Below are positions 23,701 through 30,391 of a stretch of 32,000 nt of DNA, in pieces (position 1 is the first letter of the stretch; every line of letters starts with the position of its first letter). Source of the DNA: an uncultured bacterium (lineage in GTDB: Bacteria; Margulisbacteria; WOR-1; CAVSGV01); assembly GCA_963699255.1 (NCBI GenBank), contig OY969425.1:270001-302000 (forward strand). Direction: 5' to 3'. A program made the position numbers and the translations under genes. The notes under the pieces are model-generated. The model was given only the letters and a program-made list of their open reading frames with translations. It had not been told where the DNA came from and ran no database searches.

Positions 23701-26700
23701 CCGATGCCGACATCGCCTCCTATGACAACAAGTTGACTGGTGCCGACCAATAAACCGCTGGCGGGCAGAGTCAAAGTTCCGGTCATGGTATCGCCGGCCT
23801 TAAGGACTGCTGTCGTGGCAACCGTTGAAGTGCCGGACAAAATTGCGTAATCTGCAAAAGCTGCAGTCGATGCCGTTCCAGCTAAATCAGCATAATTAGC
23901 TGTGTTAGAATTTCCAGAGCAAGTAGAGGATGTTCCTGATAAGATCGCGTAAGAAGCTGAGCCTGAACAGGATGACGCAGTTCCACTCAAAGTCGCATAA
24001 CCCGCATTAGTTGCTGTTCCACTTAAAGTTGCGTATACTGCGGTTGAAGATGTGCCGGATAATACGGCATAATTTGCCGTCGTTGCCGTGACCCCGGTCA
24101 GCGCAGATCCGTCGCCGTAATATTTGCCTCCGGCTTCCAGAGTGATGCTTCCAGCCACCTGAAGTTTTTGTAAAGGATTCGTTGTCCCGATGCCGACATT
24201 GCCGACCGCATTAGAGCCATTATGCGCTAAAATAACATTACCCGAAGTCCCCCCCGTAATCCCAGATACATAAACAGAACCACCATTTGGCCCGGCACCC
24301 CCAAAAAGATACAGGTTGCCTGGAGTGCCGCTGCTAGATCCCGCCTGTACAGTAAGATTTCTACCAGTGGTAGCTTCACCTTGTATGGATATGGTTCTGG
24401 CGGCTCCCGAAGATAGCAGGATATTACCGTTAACCTCAAGGCTTGCTCCCGGACTCGTTGTCCCGATGCCGACCTTGCCGCCTGAAACAACCAGTTGACT
24501 GGTGCCGACTGTTAAACCGTTTGCGGGCAAAGTCAGCGTTCCTGTCATTGTATCGCCGGCCTTAAGGACTGCTGTGGTGGCAACTGTTGAAGTGCCGGAC
24601 AAGGTTGCATAATTTGCATTGGCCGCGGTGACATTTGTAATTGTATTGAGCGAGCCGTCTATTGTCTTATTGGTCAGCACTTGAGCATCCGATGTCCCGA
24701 CTATCTGGCCGGTCGTTCCGTGCGCTATCACTTCACCTGTATGGGTATTGAAGGTGGCAAGGTCAGCCTTAGATTCAACTGATGCCGCTGTTGCAAAGTA
24801 GGAGGGGAGGTTACCGCCTAACCTGTTCGTGTCCTCGGAAGTACCCGTGAATGTCCCGCTGAACGCTGTCGCGGTTACAAGTCCTGTTGTGTTGATATTT
24901 ATATTCGTTGCAAGAGCGCTGTCCGCTATCTTATTCGTGGCCGTGTCAATTTTGCTCCAGTCAACCCCCGATATTTGCGAATTGGATATACCCAAAGCTT
25001 TTACCTCAAGTGACTGATTGCCATTCAGATCAACAGTGATATTATCGTACTTATTTGTTGCGGCTTCACCGGTTAATCCGATAGGTCCTTGAGGACCGAC
25101 AGCACCAGCTTCACCAGTCAAACCGATAGGACCTTGAGGACCGATAGCTCCAGTTTCACCAGTCAAACCGATAGGACCTTGAGGACCGATAGCTCCAGTT
25201 TCACCAGTAGGACCAACAGCGCCAGTCTCACCTGTTAAACCAATAGGACCTTGAATGCCTTGAATACCTTGTGGTCCGGCTTCACCAGTTAAGCCTATAG
25301 GACCTTGCGAACCGACAGCGCCAGTTTCGCCAGTTGCACCAGTTAGACCTTGAATTCCCTGAATACCTTGTATACCTTGAGGACCTGCTTCACCAGTTAA
25401 ACCTATAGGACCTTGCGGACCGACAGCGCCAGTTTCGCCAGTTGCACCAGTTAGACCTTGAATTCCCTGAATACCTTGTATACCTTGAGGACCTGCTTCA
25501 CCAGTTAAACCTATAGGACCTTGCGGACCGACAGCGCCAGTTTCGCCAGTTGCACCAGTTAGACCTTGAATTCCCTGAATACCTTGTATACCTTGAGGAC
25601 CTGCTTCACCAGTTAAGCCTACAGGACCTTGAGGACCGATAGCTCCGGTTTCTCCTGTTGCACCAGTCAGACCAATAGGACCTTGAATTCCTTGAATACC
25701 TTGAAGGCCTTGAATGCCTTGTAAACCTTGAGGCCCAGCTTCGCCAGTCAGACCGATCGGACCTTGAATTCCCTGTAAACCTTGAGGTCCTGCTTCGCCA
25801 GTTGGACCTTGCGGGCCTGCTTCGCCCGATGCCGGCGCCCAGATCGGATTTTGAGATGCGCCCTGGGTCTTGAGGAAAAGTCCATTAGTTCCTGCTGTAA
25901 GCCTTGTCCATCTTGATCCATTGTAATACAGAACATCACCTTGCGATGCGGCATCTGTTGTTACAACAGTTGAAGATAATCTTGTGTTGCTGATCGTCCC
26001 TGATGTGATATTCGTCGCGCTCAGGTTTGTGAGAGAGTTGCTTCCTCCGTCCAAAGTTTTGTTGGTCAATGTTTGCGCGTCCGTTGTAGTTACGACCACG
26101 TTCGTATCGATCGTTAAAGTTCCTGTCGCTGTTATCGGGCCTCCAAGCAATCCTACACTTGTGTTGACCTGGGTGACAGTGCCTCCGCCCCCTCCGCCTC
26201 CTGTTGCAGATATTTCGATCGTTTGACCGCTTTGAGAGAGAGAGACATTCGTTCCGCCTTTAAGGATTACAGTTCCAGTTAAAACAGTCGCGCCGGATGA
26301 GGATATTCCTGTAACAGAGACCGGAAATATTGAAGAGGCGAGTTTTCCAGTGCCGTCGGTAAACGGAATTATGTCGGCTCCCGACGCTTCTATCGATTTT
26401 CCAGCGACTGTTGTTGAATCGTCCGCCTGAAGCGCCCTGTACGCGTGCGCCGCGCTCGCTATCTGGACCCTTGGCGTCATTTCGCCGTCCGATCCGATCT
26501 CAACACCCAACCATCTGTTCGAGCCGTTAAAAGCATTGGACTGGAAAAAAATTGCCGCGCTGAATATGCCGTTGCTGTCCGGAGTAAGAGCTTCCGTGGA
26601 TGTGCCGTTCGTGACTGGAACGCCGCCGCTTGCCTGGCTGTATAACCTGAATGTGAAGCTTTGGGAAGTTGTTACGGGATTGCCGCTTGAATCCGTCAGC

Positions 26701-26795
26701 CGTCCCTCATAACCAATTATTTGCGGTATTGCCGCATAACACACCCCTGCGAAGAGTGATAATATGAACAGTAAAAAGATAAATTTCTTGAACAT
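20727..26795 (-). CDS. Giant secreted fibre protein A: N-terminal domain, collagen-like stalk, four tail-fibre-like units with glycine-rich inserts, conserved C-terminal domain
   Basis: 2022 aa with signal peptide [21 protein letters not shown] and a GGGAGGG Shine-Dalgarno sequence.
- 85 uninterrupted Gly-X-Y triplets span aa 324-578.
- 'LKAGD(T/I)MTGTLT ... (V/I)GIGT(T/S)(S/N)P' occurs four times.
- '(Y/F)YGDGS(A/K)LTG(V/I)TAT' occurs four times.
- SANYA-type stalk repeats and Gly-rich blocks are present (e.g. [29 protein letters not shown]).
- The C-terminal about 125 aa are homologous to the end of the 1502-aa ORF. Confidence 0.8.
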   Translation of the reverse strand: MFKKFIFLLFILSLFAGVCYAAIPQIIGYEGRLTDSSGNPVTTSQSFTFRLYSQASGGVPVTNGTSTEALTPDSNGIFSAAIFFQSNAFNGSNRWLGVEIGSDGEMTPRVQIASAAHAYRALQADDSTTVAGKSIEASGADIIPFTDGTGKLASSIFPVSVTGISSSGATVLTGTVILKGGTNVSLSQSGQTIEISATGGGGGGGTVTQVNTSVGLLGGPITATGTLTIDTNVVVTTTDAQTLTNKTLDGGSNSLTNLSATNITSGTISNTRLSSTVVTTDAASQGDVLYYNGSRWTRLTAGTNGLFLKTQGASQNPIWAPASGEAGPQGPTGEAGPQGLQGIQGPIGLTGEAGPQGLQGIQGLQGIQGIQGPIGLTGATGETGAIGPQGPVGLTGEAGPQGIQGIQGIQGLTGATGETGAVGPQGPIGLTGEAGPQGIQGIQGIQGLTGATGETGAVGPQGPIGLTGEAGPQGIQGIQGIQGLTGATGETGAVGSQGPIGLTGEAGPQGIQGIQGPIGLTGETGAVGPTGETGAIGPQGPIGLTGETGAIGPQGPIGLTGEAGAVGPQGPIGLTGEAATNKYDNITVDLNGNQSLEVKALGISNSQISGVDWSKIDTATNKIADSALATNININTTGLVTATAFSGTFTGTSEDTNRLGGNLPSYFATAASVESKADLATFNTHTGEVIAHGTTGQIVGTSDAQVLTNKTIDGSLNTITNVTAANANYATLSGTSTVATTAVLKAGDTMTGTLTLPANGLTVGTSQLVVSGGKVGIGTTSPGASLEVNGNILLSSGAARTISIQGEATTGRNLTVQAGSSSGTPGNLYLFGGAGPNGGSVYVSGITGGTSGNVILAHNGSNAVGNVGIGTTNPLQKLQVAGSITLEAGGKYYGDGSALTGVTATTANYAVLSGTSSTAVYATLSGTATNAGYATLSGTASSCSGSASYAILSGTSSTCSGNSNTANYADLAGTASTAAFADYAILSGTSTVATTAVLKAGDTMTGTLTLPASGLLVGTSQLVVIGGDVGIGTTSPTGKLHVVGDNNGVSGESIRLIAGAGPAGGGAGGSVLINGGGSLSPGAGGAAITVSGGSIGGGGGGISMTSAAGSGGNGSFSFTAASGAGAGGGFSFTAGLGGGGTGGGMTFTTGIGSGGPGTRGGDFRVNLGSGGSAADNGRFSVMNGSIGLGTMTPEAGYELSVNGNVNIGSASIESSTGKYYGDGSALTGITATNAATANYSTLAGTSTTAASANYATLAGTATSAASADFAALSGTSSTCSGNSNTANYADLAGTVSAAAAANYASLAGTATTASSADFATLSGTSSACSGAASDNVLKAGDTMTGTLTLPASGLTVGTNQLIVSGGNVGIGTTSPGAKLDVRGILSVNGGSAPSGNPGAAITITGQNGTTSAGENEKGGNITLTTGVGGSAGNAGDLNFILSNSPTPGSMFFTNLSEGGNNAKFTFMGGNVGIGTLTPEAGIRLSVIGNVKIGSASIESSTGKYYGDGSALTGITATNAATANYSTLAGTSTTAASANYATLAGTATSAASADFAALSGTSSTCSGNSNTANYADLAGTVSTAAAAAYATLSGTSTVATTAVLKAGDIMTGTLTNSAGATFGGNVGIGTSNPTGVLHVVGGNDGTSGEAIRLTAGSGPIGSGAGGSVILTGGANTSPGGTGGTFTVSGATASGVGGGISMSTGGGSGGGGSFSFTASSGSINAGGFSFTAGLGGGVAGGSMLFTTGTGSGGPGTKGGDFKVSLGSGGSAADTGRFLVMNGSTGLGTLTPEAGYELSVNGNVKIGSASIESSTGRFYGDGSKLTGVTATNAATANYATLAGTSTTAVSADYATLAGTASTAANVSSAINISTSGYVTAESFNGGDVVIPSGKNAYLSDSSTSGSGTIALPMTAASAIAAGDVVAYDPSADNQVRETTVEADQGVMGFAMNTTTAAGQTVYVAYSGRVTNAKATGTIHRGDAVETDLAPGKIQSVPGDLTVGACIGIALTNDSGGTVTIWIHKF
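22063..22322 (-). repeat. 260-bp perfect intragenic repeat, copy 1
   Basis: Base-for-base identical to 22918-23177 (offset 855 bp) on manual alignment. It encodes the stalk segment ...[82 protein letters not shown]. Confidence 0.9.
22918..23177 (-). repeat. 260-bp perfect intragenic repeat, copy 2 (a third 65-bp copy of its core lies at 23878-23942)
   Basis: Identical to 22063-22322. The first 65 bp (ccagctaaatcagcataattagctgtgttagaatttccagagcaagtagaggatgttcctgataa) also recur at 23878-23942. Confidence 0.9.
25062..25828 (-). repeat. Collagen-like Gly-X-Y region (85 triplets) containing a 108-bp tandem repeat
   Basis: Hand count gives 85 uninterrupted triplets. 108-bp (12-triplet) units start at 25321, 25429 and 25537 and are nearly identical. 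They encode [36 protein letters not shown] three times. Confidence 0.9.
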
Positions 26796-26887
26796 ACAAT
26801 ACCCTCCCGCTTAATTTTCTAAGGGTTTCTGTTCTGTTACGATATTTACATTAATATATAGATGACATTTGGTAATAAAACAATATT

Positions 26888-26916
26888 ATTTTACCGCTTT
26901 CATTTTTACGCGTCAA
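26888..26916 (-). promoter_or_regulatory. Sigma70-type promoter for the fibre operon
   Basis: On the minus strand: TTGACG (26911-26916), a 17-nt spacer, then TAAAAT (26888-26893). It lies in an AT-rich 218-bp intergenic region, about 93 nt upstream of the ATG at 26795. Confidence 0.45.
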
Positions 26917-27013
26917 GCAGGCATTTATTAGTATTTATTGAACTTAAGAAGCGGGATATTCAATGTTTACTGGAGGGGAAATTTAAGAAAACACACTTTA
27001 CGCTAAAGAAGGA

Positions 27014-27532
27014 TTATTCCAGCTTTGCGTCTTTTACTTCAATGTCCCATGAACCCTTATCTGTGACAAGAAGGAACTGTATCTTAAAGAGTTTCTTTAT
27101 TTTCCCTTCAAGGGGAACGGATATGGTCGCATATTCATCATCTTTAAGCGTGAACGAGGTTTTTGTCACGGACGGGGTATAGTCGTCATCCTTTTCATCA
27201 TAAACCTGAACAACGGGGAAGCACCACTGCCCCTGTTTGATCAGTTTGCCCCTGATGGCGAAAGTGAAGTATTTCGGGTTGGAAACGTCTTTGTCTATTT
27301 TTTCAAAATAAACGCCGGGATCCGTCGCGTCATTCGCAAATATCCTTATGAGGTTCTCCTTGTATTCGTATTCGCAGTTGTTGAAAGCGCCTGAAGATTT
27401 TGCGGCATAGAGGATATTATCCTTTGAGGCCTGATCATCGTTCTTTGTTGCCTGATCGTCGTTCGCGGGTTGGACGAACCCGCAGGCCAGGACCACAAGC
27501 AGTAATGCTACGGAGATTTTTAATGAACGCAT
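27014..27532 (-). CDS. Lipoprotein of unknown function
   Basis: The ORF track extends to a GTG at 27577. However, the ATG at 27532 has a GAGGA Shine-Dalgarno sequence and yields MRSLKISVALLLVVLAC-G, a lipobox (VLAC). A promoter lies inside the longer version. I recognise no conserved family. Confidence 0.6.
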   Translation of the reverse strand: MRSLKISVALLLVVLACGFVQPANDDQATKNDDQASKDNILYAAKSSGAFNNCEYEYKENLIRIFANDATDPGVYFEKIDKDVSNPKYFTFAIRGKLIKQGQWCFPVVQVYDEKDDDYTPSVTKTSFTLKDDEYATISVPLEGKIKKLFKIQFLLVTDKGSWDIEVKDAKLE

Positions 27533-27558
27533 ATATTCCTCTGTGTATTTATCGTAAC

Positions 27559-27587
27559 ATTTTACCGGAAAATTCACTAAATTTCAA
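27559..27587 (-). promoter_or_regulatory. Sigma70-type promoter for the lipoprotein gene
   Basis: On the minus strand: TTGAAA (27582-27587), a 17-nt spacer, then TAAAAT (27559-27564). It lies about 27 nt upstream of the ATG at 27532. Confidence 0.45.
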
Positions 27588-27664
27588 CATTGTAAACCGC
27601 TTCAAATGGGGGAGGATATCTCCTGATTACGCCCTTTTCTCTTCGATACGCCTATTAATATGGT

Positions 27665-28729
27665 TTATGTCCGGGAAACTTTAGGCAGAAGGACCCTGAA
27701 AATAGTCCCTTTGCCGTATTCCGACTCCACTTCAATGCTTCCTTTGTGCGCTTCGACAAATGACTTTGAGATATAAAGGCCCAGCCCGGTCCCCTTGTAA
27801 CCCGGAACGTGTTTCGTGAATTTATTGAATATCGTGTCCAGGTTTTCTTTTTTGATGCCGATCCCCGTATCTTTAACATCCATTTCAATATTATCGCCCG
27901 AACTTTTGATGCTGATATTGATCGATCCTTTTTCAGGGGTGTATTTTATGGAGTTGTCTATCAGATTAAATATTATCTGCTTCAATTTCTGGGGGTCCGC
28001 ATAAATCGTCATAGTGGGGTCGTCTATCTTTGTGGTTATCTTTATTTTCTTCTTTTCGGCCTCCGGCCTTATCGACAGGATCACTTCTTCGATCAGGTTG
28101 AAAAGAGGGGAGATCTCAGGGTAGACCTCGATCTTGCCGGATTCGATCTTTGAAAGCTCGATAAGATTGTTGGTCAAGCGGAGCATATCCTGCCCGCTTT
28201 TTTCGATGATGTTCATTAGTTTGAGCTGGCTTTCGTTAAGCTTGGATATTCCGTGCGCCTTGAAAATGTCCATGCCGCTGATGATCGCGGTAATGGGCTC
28301 TTTTAGTTCGTGATTTATTATGCCGATCAATTCGTTTTTCATTTGATTGATCTTGATCTGTTCTTCGTTGCTTTTTTGCAGTTCAATGGCCTTCAAAGTC
28401 GCTTTTTTTTCCGCTTCTTTCAGCTCCTTGTTCATCCTCGCAAGCAGAACGTTATTGACGACGACCTCATTGGTTTCTTTGGAGGCAAGATAATCCAGCA
28501 GCGCCACGAGCAGTATGATCACTATCATGATGTCGAGCACAATGGTCGGAAGATCGCTTATGAAAAAGGTCGTTATGAGCAGCGCGATGATCGAAGCGGA
28601 GATCACAAAGAACTCTATGCCGAAGCATTGTTGGATCCGCTTTTCGCAATATTCGCAGCGCTTGAATGGTTTTAAACCCGTGAGATTTACAAGTATGCAA
28701 TTAAAAGCGTGATTATTATTATTTGCCAT
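27665..28729 (-). CDS. Sensor histidine kinase (membrane-anchored, HisKA + HATPase_c), no adjacent response regulator
   Basis: 354 aa. It has an N-terminal Cys cluster (CEYCEKRIQQC), two TM segments and a coiled-coil. The H-box is INHELKEPITAI. The N box (IFNLIDNSIKYT), G1 (DTGIGI) and G2 (GTGLGL) are all present. Confidence 0.88.
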   Translation of the reverse strand: MANNNNHAFNCILVNLTGLKPFKRCEYCEKRIQQCFGIEFFVISASIIALLITTFFISDLPTIVLDIMIVIILLVALLDYLASKETNEVVVNNVLLARMNKELKEAEKKATLKAIELQKSNEEQIKINQMKNELIGIINHELKEPITAIISGMDIFKAHGISKLNESQLKLMNIIEKSGQDMLRLTNNLIELSKIESGKIEVYPEISPLFNLIEEVILSIRPEAEKKKIKITTKIDDPTMTIYADPQKLKQIIFNLIDNSIKYTPEKGSINISIKSSGDNIEMDVKDTGIGIKKENLDTIFNKFTKHVPGYKGTGLGLYISKSFVEAHKGSIEVESEYGKGTIFRVLLPKVSRT

Positions 28730-28730
28730 T

Positions 28731-29201
28731 TTAGCGCTCCTTAGATAGACCTTCTGCCTGCCTGCCGGTAGGCAGGGGATACCTTGCCTCGATCGTCGCC
28801 GTCATCCCGCCTCTGGCGTTGAAATTCCCCGTAACGGCCGCCCACTTCGGCTTGCAGGCTTTAACGACATCGTTAAGGATCCTGTTCACGATGTTCTCAT
28901 AGAAGATCCCCAGGACCCGATATCCGATAATGTAATACTTAAGAGATTTAAGCTCAATGCAAAATTTATCCGGCATATATTTTATAATGATCGTTCCGAA
29001 ATCAGGCAATCCGGTCTTAGGGCAGACCGATGTATATTCGGGGATATTTATCGTGATCTCATAGCCCTTGTGCATATTCGGGATGCATTCGATCTTCGGG
29101 AGACTGGTCTCGATCCCGGATACGGAGTGTTTCTTTGTGTATCTGTTCATTTGCAAAGACATTATAGCATACGGATAAAAAATATTTTGCAAAAACATCA
29201 A
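28731..29201 (-). CDS. queF: NADPH-dependent 7-cyano-7-deazaguanine (preQ0) reductase QueF, type I
   Basis: The QueF catalytic block is present (PEYTSVCPKTGLPDFGTIIIKYMPDKFCIELKSLKYYIIGYR). The true start is probably the ATG at 29150 (MNRYTKKH...), because a TGCTATAAT element lies at 29161-29169 inside the longer ORF. The stop is 1 nt before the kinase start. Confidence 0.88.
   Translation of the reverse strand: MMFLQNIFYPYAIMSLQMNRYTKKHSVSGIETSLPKIECIPNMHKGYEITINIPEYTSVCPKTGLPDFGTIIIKYMPDKFCIELKSLKYYIIGYRVLGIFYENIVNRILNDVVKACKPKWAAVTGNFNARGGMTATIEARYPLPTGRQAEGLSKER
29161..29169 (-). promoter_or_regulatory. Extended -10 element (TGCTATAAT) for queF-kinase transcript
   Basis: The minus strand reads TGCTATAAT-gtctttgcaa-ATG(29150). 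This implies a leader of only a few nt and no Shine-Dalgarno sequence. Confidence 0.35.
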
Positions 29202-29214
29202 AATGCTGTAAAAT
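29187..29214 (+). promoter_or_regulatory. Sigma70-type promoter for the polyamine cluster (divergent from queF)
   Basis: TTGCAA (29187-29192), a 16-nt spacer, then TAAAAT (29209-29214). The ATG at 29225 is only 10 nt downstream of the -10 element. Confidence 0.4.
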
Positions 29215-29224
29215 AAAAAAGATC

Positions 29225-30391
29225 ATGCAGGAAAAAAACGGCAAAAAACTGAAAAGGGAAAAGTGCAAATATTTAAAAGGTAAAAAAATACTTCCTCCGC
29301 CTATCAGAAAAGATGATTCTCTCTCCGACTTGATCGACCGTCACATGCTTGCTTATAACGGGGGCCGTATACGGGCCGCCTGCCATCTCCTGAAAGAAAA
29401 AATGATGAAACCCGATGTTACGGTTTGCATGACACTCGCGGGAGCTTTGACCCCTGCGGGACTTGGCGCGTCAAGCTTGATACCGCTCATCAAGGAGGGT
29501 TTTGTGGATTGGATCATCGCGACGGGCGCCAATATTTATCATGACATGCACTTTGCTTTCAATATGGACCTGAGGCAGGGCTCCCACATGATGAACGATA
29601 CGGAACTCAGGAAAAGCGGGGTCGTGCGCATTTATGACATTGTCCTTGATAATAACGTCCTGCTTAAGACCGATGCCATTTTAAGGCATATGCTTGCGAG
29701 ACCCGAGTTCCAGAAAGAAATGGGGACATGCGAGTTCTATTACAAGCTCGGGAAACTTCTTTATGAAAAAGAGAGGGCATCGGGGCTGAAAGACGCAAGC
29801 GTTCTCTCGGCTTGCTACCAGAACGATGTCCCTGTGTTCACGTCCAGTCCAGGGGATTCCACCATAGGCATGGATATCGCCAGCATGGAGCTGATATCGA
29901 AGAAATTCAGGTTGAGGATAAACCCGAGCATTGACGTGAACGAATCGACATCTATAGTTTATGCGGCAAAGGCAAAAGGCGGGAAAACGGGGGTCATCAT
30001 TTGCGGAGGGGGGTCCCCGAAGAACTTTCTTCTTCAGACCGAACCGCAGATACAGGAAGTCCTGATGATACCGGATGTAGGGCAGGACTACTTTTTGCAA
30101 ATAACGGATGCGCGTCCCGATACCGGAGGACTTTCCGGCGCAACGCCGTCAGAAGCTGTGAGCTGGGGCAAAGTGGATCCCGACAACATTGGTGATGCGG
30201 TCATTGTCTACAGCGACGCTACCATAGTGCTTCCGCTGGTGACCTCTTATCTTTTGCAGAACGTAAAGCCGAGGAAGTTGAAAAGACTGTACAAAGAAAA
30301 AGGGGAGAGTCTCGATCTGCTCAAAAAAGCATTCCATAAGCACAATACTTATTTTAAGGAGATAAATGCCATCCTCGACAAAAATGCCTAA
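29225..30391 (+). CDS. Deoxyhypusine synthase-like protein (DHS family; candidate aminobutyl transferase / homospermidine synthase-like)
   Basis: 388 aa with DHS-family blocks: TLAGALTPAGLG, IIATGANIYHDMHFAF, VIICGGGSPKNFLLQTEP and LSGATPSEAVSWGK. Confidence 0.8.
   Translation: MQEKNGKKLKREKCKYLKGKKILPPPIRKDDSLSDLIDRHMLAYNGGRIRAACHLLKEKMMKPDVTVCMTLAGALTPAGLGASSLIPLIKEGFVDWIIATGANIYHDMHFAFNMDLRQGSHMMNDTELRKSGVVRIYDIVLDNNVLLKTDAILRHMLARPEFQKEMGTCEFYYKLGKLLYEKERASGLKDASVLSACYQNDVPVFTSSPGDSTIGMDIASMELISKKFRLRINPSIDVNESTSIVYAAKAKGGKTGVIICGGGSPKNFLLQTEPQIQEVLMIPDVGQDYFLQITDARPDTGGLSGATPSEAVSWGKVDPDNIGDAVIVYSDATIVLPLVTSYLLQNVKPRKLKRLYKEKGESLDLLKKAFHKHNTYFKEINAILDKNA

Noticed and set aside
21391-23736. 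Plus-strand Pro-rich ORFs 21391-22035, 22288-22719 and 23143-23736 (and smaller ones) inside the 2022-aa gene
   Set aside because: They are antisense shadows of the Gly-rich modules. The shared [16 protein letters not shown] starts merely mirror the 855-bp-spaced repeat.
20727-24000. Diversity-generating retroelement (template/variable repeat pair) acting on the fibre genes
   Set aside because: No reverse transcriptase or accessory gene is present in the window. The repeat copies are identical and do not differ specifically at adenines. The repeats lie in the shaft and not in a C-terminal ligand-binding fold.
10217-26795. Interpretation as a prophage, tailocin or phage remnant because of the tail-fibre-like and collagen-like proteins
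   Set aside because: There are no capsid, portal, terminase, tube, sheath, baseplate, tape-measure, integrase, lysis or repressor genes, and no att-like flanking repeats. All proteins carry Sec signal peptides and are linked to an outer-membrane barrel, which fits a cellular surface structure better. Ancient phage ancestry of the modules remains possible.
15181-26795. CRISPR array or non-coding satellite as an explanation for the regular DNA repeats
   Set aside because: All repeat periods (108, 276, 378, 855 bp) are multiples of three and lie inside long open reading frames with coherent protein repeats. There is no repeat-spacer architecture and there are no cas genes.
27655-27888. 77-aa minus-strand ORF overlapping the 3' end of the histidine kinase
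   Set aside because: It is out of frame with the conserved HATPase_c region of the kinase and has no independent support.
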